NCBI GenBank assembly: GCA_028534125.1
Contig: CM052817.1
Coordinates: 15,192,001 to 15,256,000, forward strand
Direction: 5' to 3'
DNA length: 64,000 nt
DNA from: Lama glama
Lineage: Eukaryota
Shown here piece by piece: positions 13,001 through 25,942 of the stretch. A model generated the notes under the pieces. That model worked only from the letters and a program-made list of their open reading frames with translations, was not told the DNA's origin and searched no databases. Position 1 is the stretch's first letter. Every line of letters begins with the position of its first letter. Both the position numbers and the translations under genes were made by a program.

Positions 13001-14597
13001 TATGATATTTTATGAGTACCACAAAGAATGAATTATTTTTAAGAGCCGAATTTTTTGAATAGTAAGGGTTCATCACTTTAAACATTAAAACATAAACAAA
13101 CAAATAAACAAACAAAAACATTTGGATAAAGATCTTTACAAAATTTTATTGCACATTTTCCTGCCCCCTTAAATGATGCATCTGGAACCAAATTTATGTT
13201 TTTCTTGATGGCTTTAGGGTCATCGTTATAATCATTTGTTATGCTAGCATGCTGTAATTCAGGGATGCTTTTGGAGTAATTGAGACAGATAGATAGAACT
13301 GTTTCCCTTTGTTAAACAACTTCAGATCATTGCTGTGCTTTTTGTTTTTGAGTTTCATTTTTCTCGTTTCTATGATTTCTCTTTTCTATGATTCCTCATT
13401 TGCTGTCAGCTGTCACTTGTGGCAGTTCTCAGTGTGTTACTGTGAACTGATGGACTGTATCCTTTCAATCACCCACTCCTCAACTAACACCAGTCAGGAA
13501 ACCAGATAATCATATATACTATAGCTATGTGCAGAGCATGCCCAGACAGTTTCAGAAGGAGGAACAGAGCATCTTCCCAAGAGGGAACTACATGAACTTT
13601 AATGAAACAGATTTGGGATACTTCTTTTGACTCTTCAAAGGACTTTGATGTTTATTTTTTAGTTCTCAGCTGTGTTTCACGAAGGTAGCATGGCCAGAAT
13701 TTGAGTTCTGGATTAAAATGTTTTTGTATGCATCCCCTTAAAAAGACAAAATAAACCCATAGTTCAGGATAATACATGGTAATGCATAGTTTTAATTCTC
13801 AGACATAGAATCTGCTCTGATTTTCATCAATTATATAGGATTAAGTTTTCTTACCATTTTTTTAGGGGCACATTTGCTACAAGAAAGAAATGTAAGGTCC
13901 ATCTGATTAGCAGGTCTTTGGTGATGTTTAAGATTGTGCAAGGTCAGTAACTTAAATTAGAATACTTTATTAAGTTTTTCAAGGTGACTAGATCAAACCC
14001 AGTCGATTGAGTACTCCAGTGTTTCTGCAGGTTGTACCCTTATGTGTTGGTCCATGTGCTTTTGCATTGTTTTCTAGGCAGGTTTTATTGATTTGTTGTC
14101 TTGTGTTCCCCTGTGCTAACATCCTGGAATGTGTTGCAGTCTCTCTAGTTAAAGTCGTCCTTCTCCATTTGTCACTGTTTGTCACCACAAATGCTGCTCT
14201 GAAGCTCTTTTTCTCTCCCACGTGCACATTTGTTAGCAGTTCCTTGGTAGTGTCTACTGGGTTATTTGTCTCCAAGGAATATCATTTTTGGTTTATTTTC
14301 ACTGATACTCATTTAATGACTTGTCACTTTAACTCAAGCTATAATTTCCTGTCAATTATATTGTAGATTTCTCATGCATCAGTCAGCATGTCTCTTGATG
14401 TTCCTCCCGTTATGACTCATCTACAGAAATTTTCTTCCCTCCATGACCTTTGATTTCCTGAGAGTAGCGTCTTACCCTCTCTTCACCATGTGGCTAAGAA
14501 TCTATTGTCTATTTTCACTCTGGCAGCTAAAAAGATAGCATGGTACATGGAAGCATATGCCAGCTTCCTCCACTCTCATCTTTTGTGTTTTACTCTC

Positions 14598-14848
14598 TAG
14601 ACAGACATGCATGCACACAGGGAGAATACCATGCAAAGATTGGAGTTATGCTGCCAAAAGCCAAGAAACAACCAGAAACAAGGATTGAGGTCTGGAACAG
14701 ATCCCTCCCTAGAATCCTCGGGGGGAACATGGCCCTGCTAACACCTTGATTTTAGACTTTTACTCCTCAGAACCATAAGGCAATACCTTTCTATTGTTTA
14801 AGTCACTCAGTTCATGGTGTTTTTTACAATAGCCTAGAAAATTAATCT
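14598..14848 (+). mobile_element. MaLR LTR 3' half (MLT1B-like)
   Basis: gattggagttatgctgcca...ggaacagatccctccctaga...catggccctgctaacaccttgattttagactt. Confidence 0.85.
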
Positions 14849-15011
14849 GACCCCTTATCTGACTATTTTTTTTAAAAAAAGGCATATATTAATTCAAAGA
14901 AAAGTCTTTTGGAGAATCTGCTTTGCCCATCTCAAGAGGAAGTCTCTATATTTAATGTACTAAAGTGTGTAAAAGGGATTTCCATTCAGCCCGAAGAACA
15001 ACTTTTGAAAA

Positions 15012-15180
15012 CAGTGGTTCCTAAACCTGGTGACACACAAGAGACACTTGGGGAAACTTTAAAAATGAAGTTTTACTCTTTGGGGATTCAGATTCAGTAT
15101 ATTTGGGGAAGAATTTGATTATATATTTTGAACAATATTTCTGGGTAATTTTTATGATTGGGTAAGTATAGGAAGCACTG
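15012..15180. mobile_element. MER5-type hAT-Charlie MITE
   Basis: Imperfect terminal inverted repeats cagtggttcc / ggaagcactg; internal gattcagattcagta. Confidence 0.7.
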
Positions 15181-16539
15181 ATCTAAGAGGTTGAGTAATG
15201 AAGGAGATATTTCAATAACTGGGCATATCATTCTTGGCAAAAGAGATCATCTAATAAGCTTTTGACTCCTTTGCCTCCAATTTCATTGATTTTAAGATGA
15301 AATAAGCTAACCAAAAACCCTCTGCCCTGACTTCATTCTTGTGAAGCCAAAGAGATGGGGACCTTGGGAGAGAGTGAATGTAATAAACTTCTAGGAGCTT
15401 TAACAGCCAAGGAATGAAATTTGGGAGATAGTTGAGTACTTTAGGAAATCAGATTTCATTCACTGTTCATTCAACAGAGTTACAGAGGACCTACAAGGAA
15501 CCAGTAAATACAGACTCAAGCGAAGACGAGATATGTTTCTCTGACCAGAGCTTCTAAAAGAAGAGCTGATTCAAGAAGCAATGAAAGCAAGCTTTAAAAT
15601 GGGATTCTGAAAATACGACCTCAAGCAGCTACAGACAACAACATGGCTACACAGGGAGACCTCACAGGCAACCAGATTCTAAAAATCATTTGCAAAAGAT
15701 GGAAGAGTGGCACAGAAACAAAACTACAAAAGAAGAGCGTGATACTATGAAATTTGAGTCAGAAAAACTTGATGTAGCCGGAAACCTTGCAGTAGCAGAG
15801 CAGGTAATACGATTTCCATTTACAGTTAAACTAAAACTAAGGAGGGTCAAGCAACTTGGTTATATCTCAGACTTAGTCACATGGTACTGAATTCTAGTCC
15901 TTCTTTTCTTCTGCTCTGCTGCTCAAAGCTAACTCTCATGTTCCCAGTGGCATAAACCTAAAGAAATCAAGTGGGGTTTTTTTGCAGAAAATAAAGCCAG
16001 AATTGCCACTTCACTTCTTATACATACAGACTTCCTATACATAAAGAAAAAGAAAATATAAGAAGAAAGTATAAGTCTCCAAAAAATATTTTTAGCTAAA
16101 ACTTGGCATGAGATATTCTCTAAGATTAAAGGGAAATCAATGTTCCTTTTTCTGATGCCCCAAATCAGGATGTGTCACTCTGTTTTTGCTTTTTCTAAGT
16201 TGATTTTTATAACCTTCCATATTTTTCGAATCACTGTAGTAAACTCCCTGATTTTGAAAGGTTGCTTGAATGCCTTTTAGTACCAGGGCTTGAGAGTCCA
16301 AAGATGAATCTCTTTTCATGACCAATTTATGACATCCCCTTTATGTCCAGTTATGGCTATAATTTAGGCTTTTAAAGCTAAATCTTAGTTTAGTTTTGAT
16401 GAAAATGACTGACACCCCGCTGAATATAGATTTTGGGCTGTAAGTGAATCCCAGTCCAGGGGTCTAAAAGACCAGGCGATAACTTCTAAATCATTAGTTG
16501 ACTGCTTAATGTGTATTGGACAAGATCAAAGAGTTTGGC

Positions 16540-16640
16540 AATTTCCTAATCAATTCTTCCAACAAGTCTTTGAGGTAGGAGGCTAATACTATTGAACTCA
16601 TTTTGCCAGTGGGAAACTGAGGCACTGAGGGAGTGTATAT
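16540..16640 (-). mobile_element. MIR fragment
   Basis: ctttgaggtagg...cattttgccagtgggaaactgaggcactgag. Confidence 0.65.
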
Positions 16641-17332
16641 TGTTGCCTTTTATTCCTGTGTTACAAGCAGTTCTGGGGGGAAAAAAGTCTGTTTTCTTAT
16701 CTTCCATCTCTAGTCTAGAGTAGGCTATTTTCTGTCACATGATGGGAATAAGAATGAAAGAGAAAATACTAAGTAGTAAAAAGCTAAAACAGAACCTGTT
16801 GGACTAAACTTGAATATAGAAATGAATTTTTTTAGACAATCCTTCTACATCACAGATATATTTATAATCCTTGCCTAATACATCAGAATTGACTGACATA
16901 CTAAATTGTTGAATCATGAGCTATTTTGGAAAGGGGAGAGAACACAGTCAGGGTATCGACAAAAATGCAAGTGAATGTTCTGATCTATTTGAAAGGTACA
17001 GTGAGGGTCATAACCCATAATCTACAGAGGATTCTGTGCACTTTTGGAAGAATTAAAAGGACAGAAGAAATATATTACAAGATCTGGGGGCAAAGAGAAA
17101 AGGAAAGATGTACACAAAGTGATCATTCTTAGGAGATGAGAGATCTGAACCCAGTAAGGAGACTCAAAGGGGACATGTGGGTAAGGCTGAAGAGCCAGGT
17201 GGTTGTAAGGAACTAGTGAGAGTCCTTAGTGTTCCATTGTATTTCCCTGCCTGTGTTAGTCAGTTGCAAGTGTGCACAAAAATGCTGTGGCAAGGTCTGA
17301 TGTTCACCAACATCTATTTCAGGTGGCATGAA

Positions 17333-17530
17333 AATCACTTAGAATCATCTATATGGGAGCCCACAAGGGCCTCAGAGGTCATTTAGTTCAACACTGCCAT
17401 CATACAGATAAAGAAATCAGACAAAAGTGAAAGACTTGCCCAAGGTCACAGAGCTCATTAGTAACAGCCTTTGGACTGGAGCCAAGGGTACTGAGTTCCA
17501 AAGTTTTTATTTTATGTGCACTATATTGTC
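17333..17530 (-). mobile_element. MIR3-like SINE
   Basis: agggcctcagaggtcatttagttcaac...gacttgcccaaggtcacagagct. Confidence 0.75.
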
Positions 17531-17542
17531 CGAACTGTTTGT

Positions 17543-17740
17543 CAATTCATTCTTTCATTTAACAAATATTTCTGAAGTTGTCAATATGTGTCAGGCAATC
17601 TACTAGGCACTGGAGAGTCAAAGAAAAATGAGGTAGTTTCTAACCTAAGACCTCACAGTCCAGTGAAACAGTCATATAAGATACTGGCAACAAAATGATA
17701 AATACCATGAGAGTGACTATGGGAACAGAGAAGAAGAATG
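17543..17740 (-). mobile_element. L2 3' end
   Basis: tcatttaacaaatattt...tatgtgtcaggca...ctaggcactggaga. Confidence 0.7.
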
Positions 17741-17942
17741 ATGTCAGAAGGACACAGAATTTTCTTTCTTCCCTATAGTCTCGATTTTCCAAAATCAGTG
17801 ATTTATGGTGGAATTCTATTTCAGATCATTGATCTGAAATGAGAGCCTTTAAGAAAATATAAGCTTAGCTTTTTTTCCCTTTTTTTTATGAATGTGAATC
17901 AGAGTCAGCATATATTTGGAAGTTTAATTTTTGGGGGGCTTG

Positions 17943-18352
17943 TATTATGGATTGAATTGTGTCCCCCAAACAAGATATGTTGAAGTCCTAATCCCGTCTA
18001 CCTCAAAATGTGACTTTATTTAGAAATAAAGTCTTTACAGAGGTAATCAAGTTAAAATGAGGCCATTAGGATGGGCCCCAATATAAAATGACTGGTGTCC
18101 TTATAAAAAAGGGAAATTAGGACATGCACAGAGGGAAGAGGATGTGAAGACACGCAGGGAGAAGAGAGCTGTATGACAGGAGTGATGTAGTTACAAGCCA
18201 AAAAATGCCAAGAATCCTCCACTAGAATTCAAGACTTTTTTTTTGGAATTCTAGCCTCTAGAACTGTGGAACAATAAATTTCTGTTGTTGCAAGTGACAT
18301 AACTTTTTGTTTGTTTTTTACTTTGTTACTGCAGCCGTAGGAAACTAATACA
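17943..18352 (+). mobile_element. MaLR solo LTR (MLT1B/C-like)
   Basis: ttatggattgaattgtgtccccc...aataaatttctgttg...ggaaactaataca; flanks gcttg/gcttc give a 4/5 target-site duplication. Confidence 0.9.
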
Positions 18353-18587
18353 GCTTCCTGGACAGTGATCAAAGAGCAGGGCTGATTTCTGTTCCTAATT
18401 CTTTGCTCCAAGACTTAAAATAAAAAATGGCTGGCAGCTTTGTGGCCACATTTGACCGAGTCACGTGGACTCTTGACTCCAGAGCCAGTGCAGCTGAACT
18501 CTTGCACAGAGTTCTCTGAATTGGGATTTTGGGACATTCCCATCTCCTCACCTCATTCAAGTCACTGTTAGTATTCCTTCAGTAAGC

Positions 18588-18737
18588 TTTTTTTTTTTTT
18601 TAAATTGAGGTATAGTTGATTTACAATGTTGTGTTAGTTTCTGGTGTACAGCATACTGGTTCAGTTACACACATGCATATATATTTTTTTTCTTTTTCAT
18701 TTCCTTTTTCACTATAGCTTATTACAAGGTGTTGAAT
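18588..18737 (-). mobile_element. Younger, 5'-truncated L1 3' end (cetartiodactyl/camelid type)
   Basis: Poly-T then attgaggtatagttgatttacaatgttgtgttagtttctggtgtacagca. Confidence 0.85.
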
Positions 18738-20000
18738 GCCATTGGGTTCTTAATGTGATCTCACAACTATCTCAGGTTCATAAAAATTGTAAACCACTGG
18801 CCAAACTAAAAGCACAAAACTCCTTCAGCTCTCTGGCTTTAGAATGCCAGGCTTTTCATTCTAAAGTGACTGGGCTTTCAAGTTTCCACTGAAAACCTCT
18901 GATATGGAGATTGTCGTCACAGTAAGCTGATATTTTAAAAATGATTTTGATGACCGCAACTGCTGTACAGGGTACAGTGCTTTTTAAAACCAGATAACCA
19001 TGACTGCAGATGGCATTTCAAAGATATACTCTTCTAATATGAAAAAAAAGCCATTTGGCAGCATCTTTGAGAGCTGTGTAATTTTACGTAGAAGAATGCT
19101 GCAGTGGTGTAAGAACCAAGTTGCTTGCAGGTTAGGTTAGGGACATCAGCTCTGTATCCCTTCTGCATCTGACCACTGTGCACCTCACACAATGCACTTC
19201 TGCTCTCTGAGCTGCTATTTCATGGAGCAGAAAACCTGGGCAATGATATTTATCTCCTCCCTCCTTGAAGTATGGTGAAAGTATCGAGATTTGTGTTAGG
19301 GATACTTTTGGAACTCAACAAGTGAAAACATATATATACACACACACACACACACACATATAATTTTCAAAATTTCTCCATACAAATTTATGTTTAATTA
19401 TTAAGGTGGGGGGATGATCCCCTTCTGTATATGGAAATCTTCCTTGAAAGGATTGCTGCATACATTGTCATGGATGTCCCAAACTCATGGTGGGAAATGC
19501 TGGTGAACAATGAGGTCACAAGAATGTACTGGTATCTAAAGCCTTTGTCCATAGACACGGCTAAAAATTGGGCAAAGCCAGTCATAGAGCTAAGAGCTCT
19601 AAATCTCAGGTTGCTATATTACCTCGCCATGGGATAGAGTGGAATCTGAATATCAATGTTAATACGCTGAGCCATGAATAGGAATACAGAAGCAAATCTG
19701 GGAATACAGGCAAATCTGAGCATACAGCACTACTGAAGTTCTTCTTGGCTTTATCACACAAGCCCACAGAAGGTGGCCTTCTTAGAAGATTCTTAAAGGG
19801 TAGCAACCTGTTTTACACATAGCATCGAAATCTTGATTTCCATCTTCAGGTAGAGCTCATCCTTTCCAAGTACAGATCAGTTTATACTTACAGGTAATAA
19901 TATTCATACAGGTATGTTAACGCGAGACTTCATAAACAAAAAAACTTTGTTGAGAATGATTGAACCTATCTCAATGGTAGAAAACTGTATGCAGTTTATT

Positions 20001-20001
<1 letters not shown>

Positions 20002-20047
<46 letters not shown>
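20002..20047. repeat. (CA)23 microsatellite
   Basis: Direct read, uninterrupted. Confidence 0.97.
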
Positions 20048-20049
<2 letters not shown>

Positions 20050-20649
20050 GAGCCATCCAAGGCATTTCCAAGTGCTCTCATGTCAGTATCTAACTCTTCT
20101 TCACTAAGGAACTGGTGATACTGTTGACTCAGGGTACTGCTTCCCCAACTTCTGTCCTGGTCTGGTCTGTATACTTTTGTGGGCACTCCAAGCCATCCTT
20201 GCCTTGTGCTTTCTGCTGTGGGGCACAGTTTCTCATTTCAGTTCTCTTGGTACTAACTCCTGAAGCTTCTAGACCTGGAGTGTTTGCTCCTGAGTCTGCC
20301 GGATGCTGCAGCTCTCTGCCTCTTTGGTCAGAGTGCACTAAGAGCGGTTCTTGTGGGGCACTTGTGGTCTTTTGATAGGAAAACTATTTTTCCTGAGCTT
20401 AGAGACACTAAAATGGGGGTGGTTAAAAATTATGGTGGAGTTATTTAGTTTCTGATGCTGGTCAGCTGAACAGTACTGTGCCATTCCCTATGTAGCACTA
20501 TTAAATCCCCACCCAATATCCTTAACCACTCAGTGATATGGTTATTGTAGCTCAATTCTGTGTTGCATTATAGCTCTAAGAAACAACCTTTTCATAATAA
20601 ACCTCCGTCTTTTCTTTCTTTTCTATCTACTTCTCCTTCCCCTTTAATC

Positions 20650-20960
20650 CTCACTGAGCATTTAGTACATGCTAAACACTCCACTAAGCACTAGGCATAC
20701 AAAGATAAAATAACCCTCTATATTGCATCCTACCCCAAGCTCACAACCTGTGAAGGTGGCAGTCAATTAGACGAAAAGCTACAAAATATTTTTGAAATGT
20801 GCTGAATGAGATACAAGCTACCATGGGGATAATTAGTATTGTTGGGGAATCAGGGATCTCTCATGAAAAAGATGCTATATGAACTGAATCTTGGAGGGAA
20901 AGCACATTTTGCAGCAGAGGGAGGGTATGAAGTAGAATAAGAACAAAATCATAAAGGTGT
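20650..20960 (-). mobile_element. L2 fragment
   Basis: ctaagcactaggcatacaaagataaa...tgaactgaatcttggagg. Confidence 0.6.
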
Positions 20961-21714
20961 CTCTGTATGCGATGTGTTAGCCACTGCTACTTTTCAGTCC
21001 AAGCCATCATCAGTCATAGTTATGGCAGGTGATTGTACATTGTATATGGCAGTCATACCTATTCCATGTAAAAAATTTCTTTAACTATCCACTTTGAATT
21101 TTCTTGCCTCAGGGTACCCATTCCCAATTTTTCATCTTTTTCTCATATGATGGTTTGTCTTCCCTTCCCCCTCCAAAACCCCACAAGTACATGTATATTC
21201 TCATTCTGTTCTCTGTGAACATGTTCAAGTTTGTCACCAGCCTTTGAGAAGGTCTGTGAAGCCATGAGAAGAATAATTCCACTCTCCAGCCCACCGAGAA
21301 CACACAGGTCTTCCTCTGTGGAAGTCTCCAGTTAGACACTGATGGAGCCTTCAGATAAGTGCAATTCATTGTGCTAGTGAACAGATGGATAGATCCATGA
21401 GCTGTTACTAAACAAAAGTGTAAGAGTATATCCTGCAAAACTGCTGCATTTTGCTTGTGGCTACAAAACTGTCTCCAGCTCTCCACCTCTCAAATGTTTT
21501 CCGGTACTTTAGTTTTAGAAAGCAGAAGGTGAGGCCACTGCTAAGGGTCTCCATAGTTTGTCATAATTATAGTTCTTAAATTGGTTTTAAAAGGTCTTTT
21601 TGTTAAAAAATAGAGTATAACATATTTAAATATCTCACTTTTGGACTTGGAAGAAATTCAAGCAGACATTATTTGGCAAGATGCCTCAGACAATTACAAA
21701 CTTTAATCTAGCAA

Positions 21715-21880
21715 CTAATTCAATGTGACTCAACAAATATTTGAAGATCTATTATGTGGATAGACACTGTGCTAGGCTCTGGGGAAAGGCAGGGGCGGTA
21801 AAGATGAATGACGCACGATCCCTACCTACAAGGAGCTTAGACTCCAACGACTAAAATAAACACTCACAGAGCAGAGCAAG
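21715..21880 (-). mobile_element. L2 3' end
   Basis: tcaacaaatattt...cactgtgctaggctctgggga...aaggagctta. Confidence 0.7.
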
Positions 21881-22039
21881 CCATATTGCAGATACATAAA
21901 GAGCTTCCTCTGGGAAGACAGGAGGCAGAAACATTATTACTTGGTAAATGTGTGCAGGCATCAACAAAATTACACTATTTGAACTGAGAACATTCTAGAA
22001 GACTAGTACTCATATTACAGTCCCGGTCGTCTGTGGATA

Positions 22040-22240
22040 TGCTTGTCTGAAAAAAGAGAATTTGAACCCTGACCTGACCACTTATTGCATGGCCATATGT
22101 AAACTGTTCAGCCACTCTTTGCCATAGTTTTGTTTTACTCTTTGTCTCTATTTTAATATGAATAATAACATTTACCTCATAGGTTGTTGAAAGGGTTAGA
22201 TAGGATAAATATGGGAAAAGAGCTTTGCCAATATAGAGGA
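22040..22240 (+). mobile_element. MIR (decayed)
   Basis: aataataacatttacctcataggttgttgaaagg. Confidence 0.6.
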
Positions 22241-23525
22241 ATTTACACTTTTCAATTGTCACTATTCTTCTTTTGGTTAACCTTCACAAATGAAGTAAGA
22301 AGTAACTTCTTATAGATTACTATAAACAACATACTTGGTTACGAGGTAGAATTCATTAGAATTGCAGTTCTAACAGGGACCATTGCCTTCTCGTGACTTG
22401 TCTCATAGTAGAACAATGGGTAAGCCCAGGTGGTCCAGTTCCTGGCTAATTTGATGGTGTGATAAAAAAGCAATCAGCTGTATTCCTGGAATTTCCTGGA
22501 ATGTTTCTGAGTTTAGCTATATTTAGGAATATATATATATATATAGAGTTTGAAAGGCGCTAATATGGAGGGACAAATTATACCCTAGCACTAGATAAAT
22601 GCATTTTATATAGCATCTTCCAGCGCTTTGTAAAGTGCTCCACACTGAGAAATGGAACACCATGTTCCTAATTGCTAATTGAGATACCCAGGCTGGTCCC
22701 TGTCCACTTCTCAGTCTGCCGGCTAAACCAGGGTTCTTTTTATTCTTTCCATGATGATCATCAGAAACAAAGGTCTTTTGTGACTTTGTTGAAGATTTGT
22801 GACTCTCTGAATTGTGCACATATTACTGAAGTTTGCTTGTCTTCCAAAGTGAGCCTGTGGTATTGCTCTGGAGTCTCAATTATCTCCTCTTGCTGTAGAA
22901 GAGAGATGCCAGGTAACATTTCATTGCTTCTTGCCATCTCTCAGATGAATGAAGAACCAGCAAGGCAAAAATGGAATATCAAACTCATTAATGGGCTTTG
23001 AGGGTCACCAGCTGAAATACTACCGAAATCAGCTGGAGAACGATGAGGGTGAATTATAAGAAACGAGGTGACATGCTGACGAGTCCTATCTCCATGAAAA
23101 CAGATGATTCTGTAGGTTTCTGAACAGATGGACATTCATCTTATATTTTCCTGAGGCTATTGGCAAGTGGCTTTGGCTGAACAGTTTAAAATAAAGGTGA
23201 AAAATCATTCTGGTTCAGTAAAACCTCTCCACCAACCTTTCTTGATCTTCTCTAAAGACTAACTTTGTGAAAATACAGTGTCAGTCTCCCTGGGTCTTGG
23301 ACCATGGAAGGTCTGGCATAAGCCAGGAGGGTCTCTGATCCCAGGAAATAATATCTACCTGTGAATACCTGGCCTGTGTTCAGTTTTCTTTTAACTTAAT
23401 GCTACTGGAATTAAAATCAGCATTGCAGGAATTTCCCTTCTTCTGTTTTCAAACTCATGCAAGTCGGTCCACTGTAGCTTTTTCTCCTCTCCACAAGTGG
23501 CTAGTTCCAGTTAAAAGAGATAATT

Positions 23526-23545
23526 TGGTGCCCTCCAGTGGCTCA
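23526..23545 (-). promoter_or_regulatory. Candidate CTCF binding site
   Basis: Minus strand reads gCCACTGGAGGGCACca, a 13/14 match to the core CCASYAGRKGGCRS, in non-repeat sequence. Confidence 0.55.
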
Positions 23546-24688
23546 GCCTGACAGCCTCTTCCTTGACCTCTTGAGCTCTTTTATGCCTGTGGGAAGGGTG
23601 CAGCTTAACCCATCTTTGGCGGGCGACTTGATTGCTTGCCTGTAATGATCACTCTTAGGAAAGGAATCCATCATCCCCTTAATACTGTGTAGTTCTCAGA
23701 GGAGAAGGAATCGGAGAACAAAGACAAACTTCTGTGCTTTTCCTTGTACAAAGAACTAAAAACAATGAAAATCAAGTAAAAAAAAAAAATCCCAGTCCTT
23801 ACCACTATCACTTTTAATTATATTGTCTTATATAAAAGCTACTTACCCTTTTGGCCCCCGTGTATTTCCTGTGGAGTAAAAGCACGGAGCTAGATGATCA
23901 TTACTACTCAATGATCCTATGGAAGGGAAAAATGTTTCTAAATGACTTTTGCACTTCAACACTTGGTAGAATGGCTTTTACTGTTTTAATAACTCGATCT
24001 GCTTTAAGGGTTTAAAAAGGAATTTACAAATAAAAAGCCCGCCCAAGTCATGCTTGGTACAAGGGAGTGTGCATCTAACATATCCAAAGAGTCTTGTTCC
24101 TCCTGCCCTTTAGGATAATTAAATGGTGCCTTGAAAATCATCAAGAGAAAGCATTCTAATTTCTTTGTTTGATGAGGATGGAGGCCATAAAACTGCATTT
24201 TACAGCACTCAGTGCTTGGTCCATAGTGATCAATGGCTCATTGAACTAATAAACAAATGAATGGGAAGACAATAGGAGCATTGGTCTTAAGCCTTATAAT
24301 ACATGAGTAGAGAGAGCAACTATATTTATGATATAAGGAGCAAGAAAAAAATCCAGCTAGGCCTAAAATTATTCTCTTTCTTTCTTGCTCTGAACCCTAA
24401 CTCAACTTGAATCTTACCACTGGAGATCAACTTACCCCTTAGGGTAACAGTAGCCTGCTTCTTGTGTTCTTCTTTATGAAGCAGTTGTCTGGTAGGAATA
24501 ACACTTTATGGGTAATAGCAGAAGTTTACTATAAGAGTATTGAATAAATAAAGATATGTATCAAGGTAGTGTTAGTCATGAGCATTTTTTAAAGAAGTGA
24601 TTTGGAAATTAGTAAACCAGCCCCACAAAGAGATACAAAGTGAGAAGAAACTGGTGGTAGTGCTGTAGTGGTGGTTGTAGTGGTGGGG

Positions 24689-24738
24689 GCTTGGTGGTGG
24701 TGGCAGCTTGGTGGTGGTGGCAGCTTGGTGGTGGTGGC
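24689..24738. repeat. 17-bp tandem repeat (gcttggtggtggtggca) x~3 in a GGT-rich tract
   Basis: Direct read. Confidence 0.9.
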
Positions 24739-24839
24739 TGTAATCCCCCAGAACATGAAACTTCATTTAAGGCAAGCAGTTCTATTTGGAACTTTAAAAT
24801 GGGGACATTGGTTAGGCAGGAGAATACACTTTTACTCTA

Positions 24840-24985
24840 GACTTTTGCTTCGTAATATGGTAGTCACTATCCACATGTGGCTATTGGTCACTGAAACACA
24901 ATTCATCCGTATTGAGAAGGCTAGTCCAAATTAAGATGTGCTCTTGTAGTATAAACTATACACTGGGTTTTGAAGACCTGGATTT
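24840..24985. mobile_element. MER33/MER3-type hAT-Charlie fragment
   Basis: aatatggtagtcactatccacatgtggctattg...ggctagtccaaattaagatgtgct. Confidence 0.7.
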
Positions 24986-24989
24986 AGCA

Positions 24990-25155
24990 ACAGTGAGAAG
25001 TCATTGGATTCTGAGTATATATTGAAGTTGGCACCCACAGGATTTGTTGGCAGACTGAATGTGGGATCTGAGAAGTCGGAGTCAAGAATGACTCCAAGGG
25101 TAGATTTACTATTAATTGAGATGAGGGAGTGTACTCTGGAGGAAATATGAAGAAA
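24990..25155 (-). mobile_element. L2 internal fragment
   Basis: acaggatttgttggcagactgaatgtggg...ggagtcaagaatgactccaagg. Confidence 0.75.
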
Positions 25156-25254
25156 GCCAGGCTCAAAGATGTTAAATGATTCCTCCAAGGTCATGCTGGT
25201 AAGTCATAGAGAAACAGAATTATTCAGGCAGATATGGAACTCAGAGATTTGCTG

Positions 25255-25410
25255 TTTCATCTTTTTATTTCATAGATGAAAAATTTGGGGTCTAGTGAAG
25301 AGAAGGGACTTGATCAATGTCACACAGCAAATGAAGAACAGAACTTCTAAGATAGATTTCTTGAGTGATAGACTAGTGGTTCTTTTTTTTTTTTTTTTGC
25401 CATTGCACTA
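25255..25410 (-). mobile_element. MIR/MIR3 fragment
   Basis: tttcatagatgaaaaatttgggg...gacttgatcaatgtcacacagc. Confidence 0.55.
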
Positions 25411-25942
25411 CTGCTAAAAATCAAAATAAAACTAGGTTTAACTGTGTCTTTATATACATCGGGAAAGAAGAAATGTTGGAGATACTTTAAGGGAGAACCT
25501 TAAAAACCTCTATGTAAAGCAAATCTCAGACTCTGGTTGTTTATACTAGCTAGCTAACTGGCTACCCTACTTGAATTTGGGATAAGTGAATTTCTCCATC
25601 TTTAATACCTAAAGTCAAGGAGGACAATGGTAACTATTTCTTGAGGGGAAAAGTCTCCATTGAGAGCCACAAATTTCATCCTCTGCTCTAAAAACTCATG
25701 GCTTACATCAAAGCAAGGAAGACAGATGAAATATAATAGATCATAGACTACAAAGACATTTAATTTTTTTTGAAGCTAGAATGGGATCTCAGTATATATT
25801 TAAGTGAATATGATTATTTATCTGCTTGAATTTAAGACCTAGATGTATGATTGTCCTTTCATTTGTCCCCTTATCCCCATTGAATTTTTTCATAAAAAAG
25901 TCAAACCAGTGTGGTGTTTAGTGTTTTGTTTGTTTGTGATGC

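Noticed and set aside
13988..14366. Overlapping 95- and 119-aa ORFs on opposite strands, plus a faint RT-like word (SISENKPKMIF) on the minus strand
   Set aside because: No recognisable protein family or splice structure; the word is too short to support a LINE call
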